This document shows positions 38,757 to 48,408 of a stretch of DNA of 64,000 nt, one piece after another. Both the position numbers and the translations under genes were made by a program. The notes under the pieces are model-generated. The model was not told where the DNA came from. It saw only the letters and a program-made list of their open reading frames with translations, and did no database searches. Every line of letters starts with the position of its first letter. The first letter of the stretch is position 1. The stretch comes from Capsulimonadaceae bacterium (GTDB taxonomy: Bacteria > Armatimonadota > Armatimonadia > Armatimonadales > Capsulimonadaceae): positions 4,576,001 through 4,640,000 of the forward strand of contig OZ244065.1 in the NCBI GenBank assembly GCA_965215505.1, read 5' to 3'.

Positions 38757-39317
38757 TCACGGAAGGGTATTCAGTTGCGAAAAGGGCCGAGGGAACAAAA
38801 GGACGTTTCCTACGCGGCCCGTCCCCGAGACGCTTGATTACGTCCCGCGTTAAACTCGGTGCCGGTGGGCCTCACGCCTTGGATGGTGCGCGGACGGCAG
38901 CGGCAAGGGACTGGGGCCAGGCCGGTCGGAAACCCTGGGGCGATTCCAGGGCGGTCATCTCAGGGCTGAGGCGGCCCGCGCTCCGGGAGCGGGGCATCGT
39001 AATGGAACTCTGAAAGCCGGTGAACGTGCATCTCATCCTCCGCAGCAGTCTGGAGCCGGCCCGTGGGGGCGGCGACAACACGACGGGATTTTCGGACGCT
39101 CGAACAACCTCCCTTTAATGGCGATGACACTACTGTACCCGAAAAACAATGTTTTGTTGTGATTGCGACAAAGATAACTTAAAGTCTCCACCCCTGGTAA
39201 ATGTGGGGGCGTTCGTGTCATAATGGATGTGGAATGAACAAGACCGGCACTGAAGCCGGCGCTCCGAGGGGGATGGGCCTCTTTCACTCGCTCCGCTTTT
39301 CCGAGAAAGGACCCAGA

Positions 39318-40331
39318 ATGACCAAGACCATCATCGCCGCCGCCGTGGCGGCCCTCTTCCTATCCGCCGGATTCTCCACCCGCGCTTCGGCGTGGGGGAA
39401 GACCGGGCACGTCTACGCCAACAGCGCCGCCGTCGGGACGCTGCCGCCGGACACCTCGCTCGCCAAGTTCTTCGGCGCGAACCAGGCCTTCCTCGCCGCC
39501 CACAGCAGCGACCCCGACGACTGGCGCGGGAAACTGCAAGTCGCGGGCGAAGGCCCACACCACTTCATTGACCTGGACGCCTACGGCACACCCTCCGACT
39601 TCGCCCTGCTCAACCTGCCCGTCAAGCGGGCGGACGCCGACGCCAAGTTCGGACACGACCTGGTGGAGAGCAAGGGCACGGTGGACTGGACCATTGAACT
39701 GTGGACCAGCCGCCTGGCCGACGCCATGAAGGGCACCGACCCCGACCTGATCCTGGCCGACGCCGCCGTACTGGGCCACTATGTCGCCGACTCCCACGTC
39801 CCCTTCCACGCCTCGGTCAACTATGACGGGCAGCAATCCGGTCAGCAGGGCATCCACGCCCGCTTCGAGTCGCAGATGGTCGAGAACACCATCAAGCTTT
39901 CCGACTTGACCCCTGCCCCGGCCCAGCCGATCACGGACATCCTCGGCGCGGCCCGCCTCTGGTCCGGCCAGAGCGTGGACCTCGTGCCGACGGTCTTGCA
40001 GGCCGACATCGAGGCCCGCGTCCAGGCGGCGATGGCCGGTAAAGCCGTCCCCGACGCCGGCCCACTGCCGGCCGCAAACGCCGGTGCGCGCCGCCCGCTT
40101 CCCAAAGACGGCAGCCCCGCCCCCGATTACTACACGGACAACCCCGTCTACTGGAAGACCTTCAGCGCCATCGCCCGCCCCATCGCGCTGGCCCGCCTGA
40201 ACGCCTCCGCCACGCACCTGGGCAGCGTCTGGCTTACCGCCTGGCAGCGCGCCGGCTCGCCCGACCTGTCCAAGCTGAAGGCCCCAACGGCAAATGTGCC
40301 GGTGCCTGTCGCGGACCCGGACGCGAAGTAG
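39318..40331 (+). CDS. Secreted S1/P1 nuclease / zinc-dependent phospholipase C family protein
   Basis: Signal peptide ending ASA|WGKTGH; HHFIDLD, GHYVADSHVPFH, GIHARFE zinc ligands. Confidence 0.85.
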   Translation: MTKTIIAAAVAALFLSAGFSTRASAWGKTGHVYANSAAVGTLPPDTSLAKFFGANQAFLAAHSSDPDDWRGKLQVAGEGPHHFIDLDAYGTPSDFALLNLPVKRADADAKFGHDLVESKGTVDWTIELWTSRLADAMKGTDPDLILADAAVLGHYVADSHVPFHASVNYDGQQSGQQGIHARFESQMVENTIKLSDLTPAPAQPITDILGAARLWSGQSVDLVPTVLQADIEARVQAAMAGKAVPDAGPLPAANAGARRPLPKDGSPAPDYYTDNPVYWKTFSAIARPIALARLNASATHLGSVWLTAWQRAGSPDLSKLKAPTANVPVPVADPDAK

Positions 40332-40450
40332 CATATAAAAAAGTAGCATATAAAAAAGAAGGCGGCCCCCCAATCTCGGGAGGCCGCCCGCTTTTTCTCT
40401 GCTATACTAGGCGCATGGCATCTGGGATTATCCCCAGCGACGGTTGGTAT

Positions 40451-40745
40451 TGGTGCAAGCGGTGCTTGCACCATGGTGCAAGCGGTGCTTGCACCAATAT
40501 GGGCCTACCCTGCGTGGGACGCTGCCCTGCTCCCTTTAGTGCAGCAGGCGGCTGCACTAATCGGGTGCAAGCCGTCAGGCCCTTCGCCTGAGCCTCGCCT
40601 GGCCTTTAGGCAAGGCCTACTCGGATGGGCCGCCCCTTCGGGGCTTCGGAAGAAAAACGCAGAGAGGAAAAGAGGGCGCGGCAAACAGCGCCCCTACGAT
40701 CCCCCGGCAGGCATCATCCGAAGCCCCGTAGGGGCGGCCCATCCG
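40451..40745. repeat. Cluster of palindromes: duplicated TGGTGCAAGCGGTGCTTGCACCA and a GTAGGGGC-type REP pair
   Basis: Two tandem 23-bp palindromes (40451-40496), TAGTGCAGC..GCTGCACTA, then GCCCCTACG / CGTAGGGGC inverted pair. Confidence 0.7.
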
Positions 40746-40845
40746 AGTAGACCGGCGGTTCAGCGCCGGGACGATTCCGTGCGAGAGGTCCAATCACGCA
40801 ATAGCCTGTTGCGTGAACCCATAATGGAACCAACGCGCCCCGCCA

Positions 40846-41355
40846 TCACCCCTCAATCGCCGCCTTTATCCGCGCCTGCGTCGCGGCCACGTCCTCCCAT
40901 CCCAGTATCTTGACCTCGTGCTGCTCCAGCACCTGGTAGATCTCGAAGAAGTGCTGTATTTCCAAGAGCGTGTGGGCGGACAGGTCGTTCAGGGAGTGGA
41001 TGTGGTCGAAGCGCGGGTCGGCGACCGCGACCGAGAGGACCTTGTGGTCTTCCCCCCGGTGGTCGTTCATCAGCAGGGCACCGATGGGGCGGGCGACGAC
41101 GAGGCAGCCGCAGAAGGTGGGGTTGGACGACATCACCATGACGTTCAAAGGCTTGCGCTGGCCTTTGCCTTTCGTCCCGCAAACCCAGCCGTAGTCGCAG
41201 GGGTAATGCAGAGGCGAAAACAAGGTGTGGTCGTAGCGGAAGACGTTGGAGTCCGGGGTGTACTTGTACTTGTTGGAGGAGCCTTTCGGGACCTCGACGA
41301 TCGTGTTGACTTCGACCGGCGCGGCGGCCCCCGCCGGGATGTCTTCGTGCTGCAT
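40846..41355 (-). CDS. Family I inorganic pyrophosphatase homologue with a degenerate active site
   Basis: EVPKGS.NKY, YP.DYG, RPIG.L.M.D..GED.K, I.HFFE.Y motifs; the DGDPxD signature reads GQRKPLN. Confidence 0.8.
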   Translation of the reverse strand: MQHEDIPAGAAAPVEVNTIVEVPKGSSNKYKYTPDSNVFRYDHTLFSPLHYPCDYGWVCGTKGKGQRKPLNVMVMSSNPTFCGCLVVARPIGALLMNDHRGEDHKVLSVAVADPRFDHIHSLNDLSAHTLLEIQHFFEIYQVLEQHEVKILGWEDVAATQARIKAAIEG

Positions 41356-41475
41356 GGGTCGTGTCTCCTGCCTCTATTATAACGCTATTACACTCGGAGC
41401 GGGGCGGAATCGGGTATAATAAGGCGCTTTTATTTGCACTTCTTGTGCATCACTGCGCGCTTTCCAGGAGGACGC

Positions 41476-43149
41476 ATGAGCAACGAACACGAAACCCAGC
41501 CCCAGACACGGACCGAAATCCAAGACCTCGTCCCGGTCGAACCCGTCCACGACTTGACTTCCAGCGTCGCCCGCATCGAGGCGGCCCCGACGCTGGCCGA
41601 GAAGGGGAGCCTGCTGCGCGCCCTGTCCCCCGAGGCCCGGCACCAGACGCTGGCCGCCCTGCCCGCACCGGTCGTCGCCGCCCTGATCGAAGGCGACCCC
41701 GAGCAGAACACGGCCCTGATCGCGAACCTCCCCGCCGAGAAGTACCGGCAGGTCATCAACCTCGGCACGCCCGCCCAAGGGCGGTCCTGGCTGGAGCGCG
41801 CGGTCGGATCAGGGACACTGGCCGGGACGATCCTGCCCTCCCTGATGACCGCATCCGACCTCGCCGACATGCTCATCACCGACCCCAGCGTCCGCCGCGC
41901 CCTGCCCCGGCTGCTCAATTTCGAGCGGGCCGAGCGGTGGCGTCAGCTCCTGACCACCAACGAGTGGCACAAGAACATTGACGAGCTGCTGATGGCCGAC
42001 ACCGACGAGCTGCTCCGAAAAGCCCAGATCAAGAACAAGGCCGTCCGGGACGTCCTTCTGTCCCTGCTGGACTACGTCCCCGAGCTTTACCTGGAGGTGG
42101 TCAACCTCGCCCGCGACCGGGCCGCCCGCATGGACGAGCATACGGACGAGCTGGAAGACATCACCACCATGCCGTTCGGCATCCCCGAACTCGCCGGCAG
42201 CGGTGCATCCCCGCTGGGCGTCGGGGCGCGCGACCCGGAGGCACCCGTCTCGCCGCTCGCCGACCTGATCCCCGAGGGCGGCGACCCCGTGTTCGCCCTC
42301 GCCACGGCTGGCCTGGGCGCGGCGCGCAAGGCCGTACTCGAAGACCAGCTCAAGGTCCTGCTGCGCGACGAGATCGTCGCCACCGCCTCGTTCGCCACCG
42401 CCGACATGCAGCGGGCGGCGGGCCGGGTCCTGTTCTACCTGCGCGCCGGCTTGGAGTCGTTCGGCCCGACATTGGGCGATGCCACCCGCGCGCTGGACAC
42501 GCGCCCGCTTTCCGAGATCAGCGCCATCGGCGCGCGGCTGGCGGAAGGCTACCGGCAGCGTGCCCTGGCCCTGTCCGGCCTGCGCGACTGGCTGGACGGC
42601 CGCCAGCGGCAGTTCCTGGACGCCATGCGCCAGCCTGAGGCGGGCGTTGACGCCGCGACGCGCGAGCCGGTGATGTACCTCGCCGACCGCCCCAAACAGG
42701 AGCGGGCCGAGTGGCATCCCGCCCCACTCTCCGAGGTCGTGGGCCGCCTGGACGACATCGCTGCCTGGGGACCACTGGCCCGTGCCGCCTTCGGCTCCAC
42801 CGACCGCATGCACACGATCTACACCACGGCCCGGACGCGGACCTGGGACGAGGCCCTGCGCCGGACTGTCCTGGCCCTGGTCCTGTACCGCCGCTGGGAG
42901 CCGGAGCTGATCCGCCCCGCCGAGGACTACGCTGCCTTCCGCCGCCAGTACGGGACCGGCAAGAAGAACGGCATCGATGAGGCCCGCCAGATCCTCCTGG
43001 ACGCCCTCGACTCCACCCCCGACGCGGCCTGGAAGCCCTCCGACGCCAAGGCCCGCGCCCGCGAATTGCTGCTGCGGGCCGTCGCCGAGATCGAAACCAT
43101 GCCGCTGCCGGGCGCAGTGGCGGGGCGGCGGGGCGCGCAGAACGGGTGA
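41476..43149 (+). CDS. Hypothetical all-helical protein
   Basis: AGGAGG RBS, TATAAT upstream, strong GC3 codon bias; no family recognised. Confidence 0.8.
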   Translation: MSNEHETQPQTRTEIQDLVPVEPVHDLTSSVARIEAAPTLAEKGSLLRALSPEARHQTLAALPAPVVAALIEGDPEQNTALIANLPAEKYRQVINLGTPAQGRSWLERAVGSGTLAGTILPSLMTASDLADMLITDPSVRRALPRLLNFERAERWRQLLTTNEWHKNIDELLMADTDELLRKAQIKNKAVRDVLLSLLDYVPELYLEVVNLARDRAARMDEHTDELEDITTMPFGIPELAGSGASPLGVGARDPEAPVSPLADLIPEGGDPVFALATAGLGAARKAVLEDQLKVLLRDEIVATASFATADMQRAAGRVLFYLRAGLESFGPTLGDATRALDTRPLSEISAIGARLAEGYRQRALALSGLRDWLDGRQRQFLDAMRQPEAGVDAATREPVMYLADRPKQERAEWHPAPLSEVVGRLDDIAAWGPLARAAFGSTDRMHTIYTTARTRTWDEALRRTVLALVLYRRWEPELIRPAEDYAAFRRQYGTGKKNGIDEARQILLDALDSTPDAAWKPSDAKARARELLLRAVAEIETMPLPGAVAGRRGAQNG

Positions 43150-43156
43150 CATGCCG

Positions 43157-43969
43157 TTACGGGGGCGGTCCGAAGGGCGGCGGGGGGCCGAACGATGGGG
43201 AAGGGCCAAAGGGCGGGGGCGGCCCGAACGGCGGGCCGAAGCCATCCGGCCCGCCCGGCCCATCCGGGTGGTCGAAGTTCTTGACCTCCACGACCCCGTG
43301 ATAGCCGCCGAGGATGTACGGGTAGCCCGCCGTCACATGATAGTGGTAGCCTCGAACCTTGTCCTGATGCCCATTACAGGAGTCCAAGTCTTTCGGCGGC
43401 TGGCCGTTCTCCCCGTTCGGGCCGTAGATGGGGAAGCCGTCGAAGGCGTAGCCGATGAGCGCGGAATGCTTGCCCTTCGCGTCCTTGAACGGTGAATGCA
43501 GGCACACTGGGTACTTGTGATAGTGGTAGCGGCCCTGGGGGTCAGGGTGGCCGCAGCAGGAGTCGAAGGTCTCCAGTTTCACGGCGTCCTCCCCCTCGCC
43601 GTTGTACTGGTTATAGAACGGAATGCCGTTGACCGCGACCCCGATCGGGCCGAAGGGGGTCGGCGTGACCTTCGCGGCCAGGCGCGGGTGGCGGGGGATG
43701 AGGAAGCGGTAGTGCTGCTTCAGGATCGGGTTCGGGTTGTCGGCGTTCGGAAAGTCGCCGTGCGGGTGGTTCGGGATGCCGTCGCTCTCCACGATCATGT
43801 CGTCTCTGTCCGACGTCACCTTGACGTTGGCATCGAACGGCGTTTTTCCTGGCGCCGGGGCCGCCGGGGCGGGGCGGCCCGCTGGCGGCTCGGCGAGGGT
43901 GACGCCGGACAGCAGGAGTGTCCCCGCACAGAGCATTGGCCGGACGAGTCGGATGAGAGCGGTGTCCAT
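43157..43969 (-). CDS. YHYH domain protein
   Basis: GIPNH, GPIGVAVNG, D.C.GH, two YHYH motifs, GYAFDGFPIYGP; GPP-repeat tail. Confidence 0.88.
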   Translation of the reverse strand: MDTALIRLVRPMLCAGTLLLSGVTLAEPPAGRPAPAAPAPGKTPFDANVKVTSDRDDMIVESDGIPNHPHGDFPNADNPNPILKQHYRFLIPRHPRLAAKVTPTPFGPIGVAVNGIPFYNQYNGEGEDAVKLETFDSCCGHPDPQGRYHYHKYPVCLHSPFKDAKGKHSALIGYAFDGFPIYGPNGENGQPPKDLDSCNGHQDKVRGYHYHVTAGYPYILGGYHGVVEVKNFDHPDGPGGPDGFGPPFGPPPPFGPSPSFGPPPPFGPPP

Positions 43970-44458
43970 GTTTTCCCCTGACGCGGCACTGTAGCCGTAA
44001 GTGGAAGCCGCCGCGAATGGCGGAAGCCCCATCCATGCTTGTTCGCTAGGGACGGCCTGATTTCCTCCATTGCAGCCTTCGGAGACAGAGCGATGGCGTA
44101 TCGACGTTGCTTCCGTGCCATAACCCGACCATGCCATGAATGGTAGGGCTATTCCGCGAAGACGCTGCAAACCCCCGCTTCTGCACTGGTCAGAACTGGC
44201 TACTCGGAGGGCAGACCCGGAGGGCGTGGGGCTAGGGGAGGCCCCTCTCGGAGTGCCGCGAATCTGAGTGCCGCGAAGCGGTACTTCTTGGCGCCCTCGC
44301 CGCGTAGCCGTGCGTTTCAACGCATGGTTGGGGTATATGCGATTGCCCTGCCTTCGGAGAGGCGGCCCTTGTGTTCGCCCTCCGTTTGGCGTATAATACC
44401 TATATGACAACGGCCTGTCCCCTCCCAAGAGGGCGGGAGCGGGCACAGAGGAGACACC

Positions 44459-44884
44459 ATGAAACTCACAGCAGTTTATTCAGTTTCCACCCTCAGCGTC
44501 GGCCTCGCCCTGGCTGGCGGTCTTGGGCAGGGCGACACGCGGCTGCCGGCGGCATTTGTGCAGCCGCCGACACTGCGCCTCCCCGCCCCCAAGCCGCGCG
44601 CTTTGCCGCTTCCACGCATGGTCATTCCTAAAGCGCCGCCGTTGAGTGTGCCCGGCGACGTGATGCCGCACTCCTACATGGTCTACGGCCTGCGGACCGG
44701 GCCGGGCGGCATGGCCTTCACCGACCGTAGTGGGGCGGTCATCCCCGTGCCCTCCAACGCGCAGATCCAGATGGGGCCGTTCAACGCGCGCCCCTTCTCG
44801 CCGCAGATCTTCCCACCCACGTTCACCCTGCCGAAGCTCACAGTGCCTAAGCTTAACCTGCCGAAGATCACCCTTCCAAAATAG
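44459..44884 (+). CDS. Hypothetical exported Pro-rich protein
   Basis: GAGGAG RBS; signal-like N-terminus; (L/V)PK repeats at the C-terminus. Confidence 0.55.
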   Translation: MKLTAVYSVSTLSVGLALAGGLGQGDTRLPAAFVQPPTLRLPAPKPRALPLPRMVIPKAPPLSVPGDVMPHSYMVYGLRTGPGGMAFTDRSGAVIPVPSNAQIQMGPFNARPFSPQIFPPTFTLPKLTVPKLNLPKITLPK

Positions 44885-44935
44885 ACCGAAGCAAACGCCG
44901 CCCGCCGCCGTTTATCTCAGTGGAGGTGACAGCGC

Positions 44936-45487
44936 GTGGATGATGTCCTGGATGATGACGCCCTGATGCGGCGGGCGGCGGACGGGGACGCGCAGGCGTT
45001 CGGCCTGATCGTGCGGGCGCACCAGGGCCGCCTGGTGCGCTTCGCCGCCCGCCTGCTCGGCGACGCCGAGGCGGCCCAGGATGCGGCCCAGGAGGCGTTC
45101 CTGCGCCTGTGGCGTCTGCGGTCCCGCTACCAGCCGCGCGGCTGCCTGCAAGCCTACCTCCTGCGGACGGTACGAACCGTCTGCCTCGACCGCGTCCGCG
45201 CCGCCCGCCCCTGGGAGGCGCTGGACGAGGGCGTTGACACGGCCGCCCCCGACCCTGCCGCCCTGGCCCAAGAGCGCGGCCTGGCCGATGCCGTCCGCCG
45301 GGCGGTGCTGTCCCTGCCTGAGCCGCAGCGTGCCGTCTTCCTCCTCAGCCACTACGAGGGGCTTTCCTACGCCGAGATCGCCGAGGCGCTGGACTGCCCC
45401 CTCGGCACGGTCGCCTCCCGCAAGCACCAGGCGACCGAAACCTTGCGGCGCAGACTCGCGCCCTGGAAGGACCCCCATGACTTGTGA
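44936..45487 (+). CDS. ECF RNA polymerase sigma factor
   Basis: GDAQAF, AQDAAQEAFLRLW, LPEPQRAVF, EGLSYAEIAEAL..P.GTV.SR. Confidence 0.9.
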   Translation: MDDVLDDDALMRRAADGDAQAFGLIVRAHQGRLVRFAARLLGDAEAAQDAAQEAFLRLWRLRSRYQPRGCLQAYLLRTVRTVCLDRVRAARPWEALDEGVDTAAPDPAALAQERGLADAVRRAVLSLPEPQRAVFLLSHYEGLSYAEIAEALDCPLGTVASRKHQATETLRRRLAPWKDPHDL

Positions 45488-45872
45488 CATGCTACAGCCC
45501 CAGCTCACGGCCCTGCTGGACAGCGAGCTTACCCCCGAGATGGCTGCCGAGGCCGAGTATCACCTGGCCTCCTGCCCCGAATGTGCCGAACTCCGGGCCG
45601 GACTCGCGGCGACCGGGAAGATGGCCGACGCCTGGACCATCGCCGCGCCCGACATCGCCGGCCGCGTCCTGCGGGCCGTCGTGTCCGACGACAAAGCCCT
45701 CCTGCTCGACGAGATGCGCCTCCTGCGGGCCGAGATGCAGGACTTGCGCGCTGAAGTGGCTGCCTTGCGTGGACAGCTTGGGCGACGCCCCGGCCCGCCC
45801 GCGTGGACGCCACCGGCCCGGCCGGACTATGCACGAATGGAGAATGACCCATGGAACTCGACACGCTCTTAG
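45477..45872 (+). CDS. zf-HC2 anti-sigma factor, soluble, with coiled coil
   Basis: MTC...L...LD.EL, HLASCPEC; no TM helix. Confidence 0.82.
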   Translation: MTCDMLQPQLTALLDSELTPEMAAEAEYHLASCPECAELRAGLAATGKMADAWTIAAPDIAGRVLRAVVSDDKALLLDEMRLLRAEMQDLRAEVAALRGQLGRRPGPPAWTPPARPDYARMENDPWNSTRS

Positions 45873-46891
45873 CCGAAGTGACCGAACGCGGTGCCTCCGA
45901 CCTGCACCTGGCCGCCGGTCAGCCCCCCGTCTTCCGCGTCGCAGGCGAACTCCTGCCGGCCCCCCTGCCTCCGCTGACACCGGAAGCCGTAAACGCCTTG
46001 CTGCAAACCGCCCTGCCGGAAGATAAACTGGCCGGGGCGCGTCTCGGCAATGACTTTTCCGCCACCCTGCGCCACGATGGACACACCTTCCGGTGCCGGG
46101 TCTTCCGCGAGCGCGGCAACCTCGCCGCCGCCGTCCGCATCATCCCGGACAACATCCCGACGCTCGACGACCTGCACCTGCCGCCGGTCTTCGAGACGCT
46201 GACGCAGTGCAGGCGCGGCCTGATCCTGCTGTCCGGCCCGACCGGGAGCGGCAAGTCAACGACCCTGCTTTCCATGGTGGACCACATCAACCGGACACGG
46301 GCGGAGCGCATCTACACCGTCGAGGACCCGATGCTGTATGTCCTGCCCAGCCGCCTGAGCCTGGTCACGCAGCGCGTCGTCGGCGAGGACGTGGAAACCT
46401 ACGAGCGCGGGCTTCTGTCGGTCATGGACGCCGACCCGGACGTCATCCTGATCGGCGAGCTGCGGACGCCCGAAACGGCCCGGCTCGCGCTGGAACTGGC
46501 AAATTCAGGCCACCTGATCTTCTCGCAGATGACGGCGGAGACGGTCGCCGACGCCCTGGCCCGCCTGCTGACGCTGCTCGGCGAGCCGGCCGACCAGGCG
46601 CGGCGCCTGCTGGCCCGGACTGTCCAGGCGGTCATCGCCCAGAACCTGCTGCCCCGCGCCGCCCCCACGGGCCGCGTCGCCGCCAATGAGATCCTGATCG
46701 CGACCCCGCGCGTCCGCCGGATGATCGCCGATGGCCAGACCGACCCATCCCTGCTGGCCCTGGCGATGGAGGCATCCGCCCAGGACGGGATGCAGACGAT
46801 GGACGATGCGCTTCTGCGCCACTACGCCGACGGCGTCATCAGCCGCGCGGCGGCGGAGGGGTATTTGAAGGAGAAGGGGCGGCTGGTCTGA
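45851..46891 (+). CDS. pilT: PilT/PilU family ATPase
   Basis: ASDLHL, GPTGSGKSTTL, EDP, DPDVILIGELR, GMQTMD. Confidence 0.85.
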   Translation: MELDTLLAEVTERGASDLHLAAGQPPVFRVAGELLPAPLPPLTPEAVNALLQTALPEDKLAGARLGNDFSATLRHDGHTFRCRVFRERGNLAAAVRIIPDNIPTLDDLHLPPVFETLTQCRRGLILLSGPTGSGKSTTLLSMVDHINRTRAERIYTVEDPMLYVLPSRLSLVTQRVVGEDVETYERGLLSVMDADPDVILIGELRTPETARLALELANSGHLIFSQMTAETVADALARLLTLLGEPADQARRLLARTVQAVIAQNLLPRAAPTGRVAANEILIATPRVRRMIADGQTDPSLLALAMEASAQDGMQTMDDALLRHYADGVISRAAAEGYLKEKGRLV

Positions 46892-47061
46892 TCCTCTCCC
46901 GTCTCACAAGTTCGCCACCCTCCCCTCGGAGGGAAGGGTTCCGGAAGACAAGAAAGCCGCTGCCTCTTGCCGCATGTTTAGGCTTCCGCGTGTGACTGAG
47001 GCTTTCTGAGCCCCTTCCCTCCGAGGGGAGGGTGGCGAACTTGTGAGACGGGAGAGGATCA
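46889..47061. repeat. Palindromic element with 50-bp perfect inverted arms
   Basis: 46889-46938 is the exact reverse complement of 47012-47061. Confidence 0.88.
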
Positions 47062-48216
47062 TCCCCACGCCACCCGCCCCCCGACCAGAGTCCACGCCAC
47101 CGCCCCCGTCGCCGGGTCCAAGATGACTAAATCCCCCGCCTTCCCCAGCGCGATCTCGCCAAACCGACCACCCAGCCCCAACTGCCGGGCCGCATTGCCG
47201 CTTGACAGCCGCGCCGCGTCTGGCAGGCTGACCCCGGCGAAGCGCCTGACGTTGGCGAACGCCCGGTTCATGGTCAGCACGCTGCCCGCCAATGTCCCGT
47301 CGGCGAAGGCCGCCGTGCCGTCCCGGACGAAGATCGGCTGGCCGCCCAGGGCGTACTCGCCGTCCGGCATGGCCGCGCCTTCAATGGCATCCGTAATCAG
47401 GACCGCCCCGGACGCGCCCTTGGCGGCGACGATCAGCTTGACGATAAGCGGGTCCAAATGAACGCCGTCCGCGATGATCTCGCAGACGACCTCCGGCTGG
47501 GCCAGGACCGCGCCGACCGTCCCCGGCTCCCGGTGGTGCAGCCCGCGCATGGCGTTGAAGGTGTGCGTCGCCTGCGCCGCCCCCCCCCCGATGGCCGTCA
47601 GCACGTCCGCCGCCGTCGCGTCCGTGTGGCCGAGGGATACGATGACGCCCTCAGCCCGCGCCAGCCGGATGACCCCCTCCGCCCCCGGCACTTCCGGTGC
47701 CAGCGTGATCTGCCGGACAGTCCGCCCCGACAGCGCGATCCAGTGCGCCAGTTCCTCCGCGTCCGGCGGGCGGACAAACGCGAGCGGCTGCGCGCCCCGC
47801 TTGGATGCACAGATGTACGGCCCTTCGAGGTGAATGCCGAGGATGCGCGCCTCGCCCTCGCCCGGCCCTGCCTCCTGAACCTCCCGCGCCGCCGCAATCG
47901 CCCGGTCGGTATCCTCCCGTGAGGCCGTCAGCGTCGTCGCCAGCAGCCCCGTCGTGCCGAACCGGGCATGGGTGCGGGCGACCTGCCGTGCCGCCTCAAC
48001 CGTCCCGTGCATGAAGTCCGCCCCGCCCCCGCCGTGGACGTGCATGTCTAGGAAGCCGGGCAGGACGAGCAGCCCCGAGGCGTTTATGTCCCCGCTCCGG
48101 GGCGGCGACGTGCGCCGCGCTCCGACCTCGGCGATGTCGCCCGCGTCGTCCAGGGTGACTGCCCCGCCGGGCAGGACGCCACCCGCCGTCACGATGTCGC
48201 CGGTGATTGTAAGCAT
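47059..48216 (-). CDS. nagA: N-acetylglucosamine-6-phosphate deacetylase
   Basis: PGFLDMHVHG, HLEGP, TLAPE, GHT, THTFNAM, IADGVH, ITDA, LAGS. Confidence 0.93.
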   Translation of the reverse strand: MLTITGDIVTAGGVLPGGAVTLDDAGDIAEVGARRTSPPRSGDINASGLLVLPGFLDMHVHGGGGADFMHGTVEAARQVARTHARFGTTGLLATTLTASREDTDRAIAAAREVQEAGPGEGEARILGIHLEGPYICASKRGAQPLAFVRPPDAEELAHWIALSGRTVRQITLAPEVPGAEGVIRLARAEGVIVSLGHTDATAADVLTAIGGGAAQATHTFNAMRGLHHREPGTVGAVLAQPEVVCEIIADGVHLDPLIVKLIVAAKGASGAVLITDAIEGAAMPDGEYALGGQPIFVRDGTAAFADGTLAGSVLTMNRAFANVRRFAGVSLPDAARLSSGNAARQLGLGGRFGEIALGKAGDLVILDPATGAVAWTLVGGRVAWG

Positions 48217-48408
48217 GGGTGTCTATTGCTGAAAAGAGCCGGGGAGTCCTTCTTGATGCTCAGTCCCCCCCAGATTTCAATCCGGGAACACCATGCCCCC
48301 GCCGCCTCCTGCAAAATAACCCCGCACCCCGCCAACAAACGCCCCCGTTTCTGCCACTATCACTGTGAAGGCCAGCAACATGAAGGCCAGCGCCATGAGG
48401 AGCAGTGC

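Noticed and set aside
43970-44446. Extended N-terminus of the YHYH ORF
   Set aside because: Runs through repeat-like intergenic DNA; a signal-peptide start with RBS lies at 43969.
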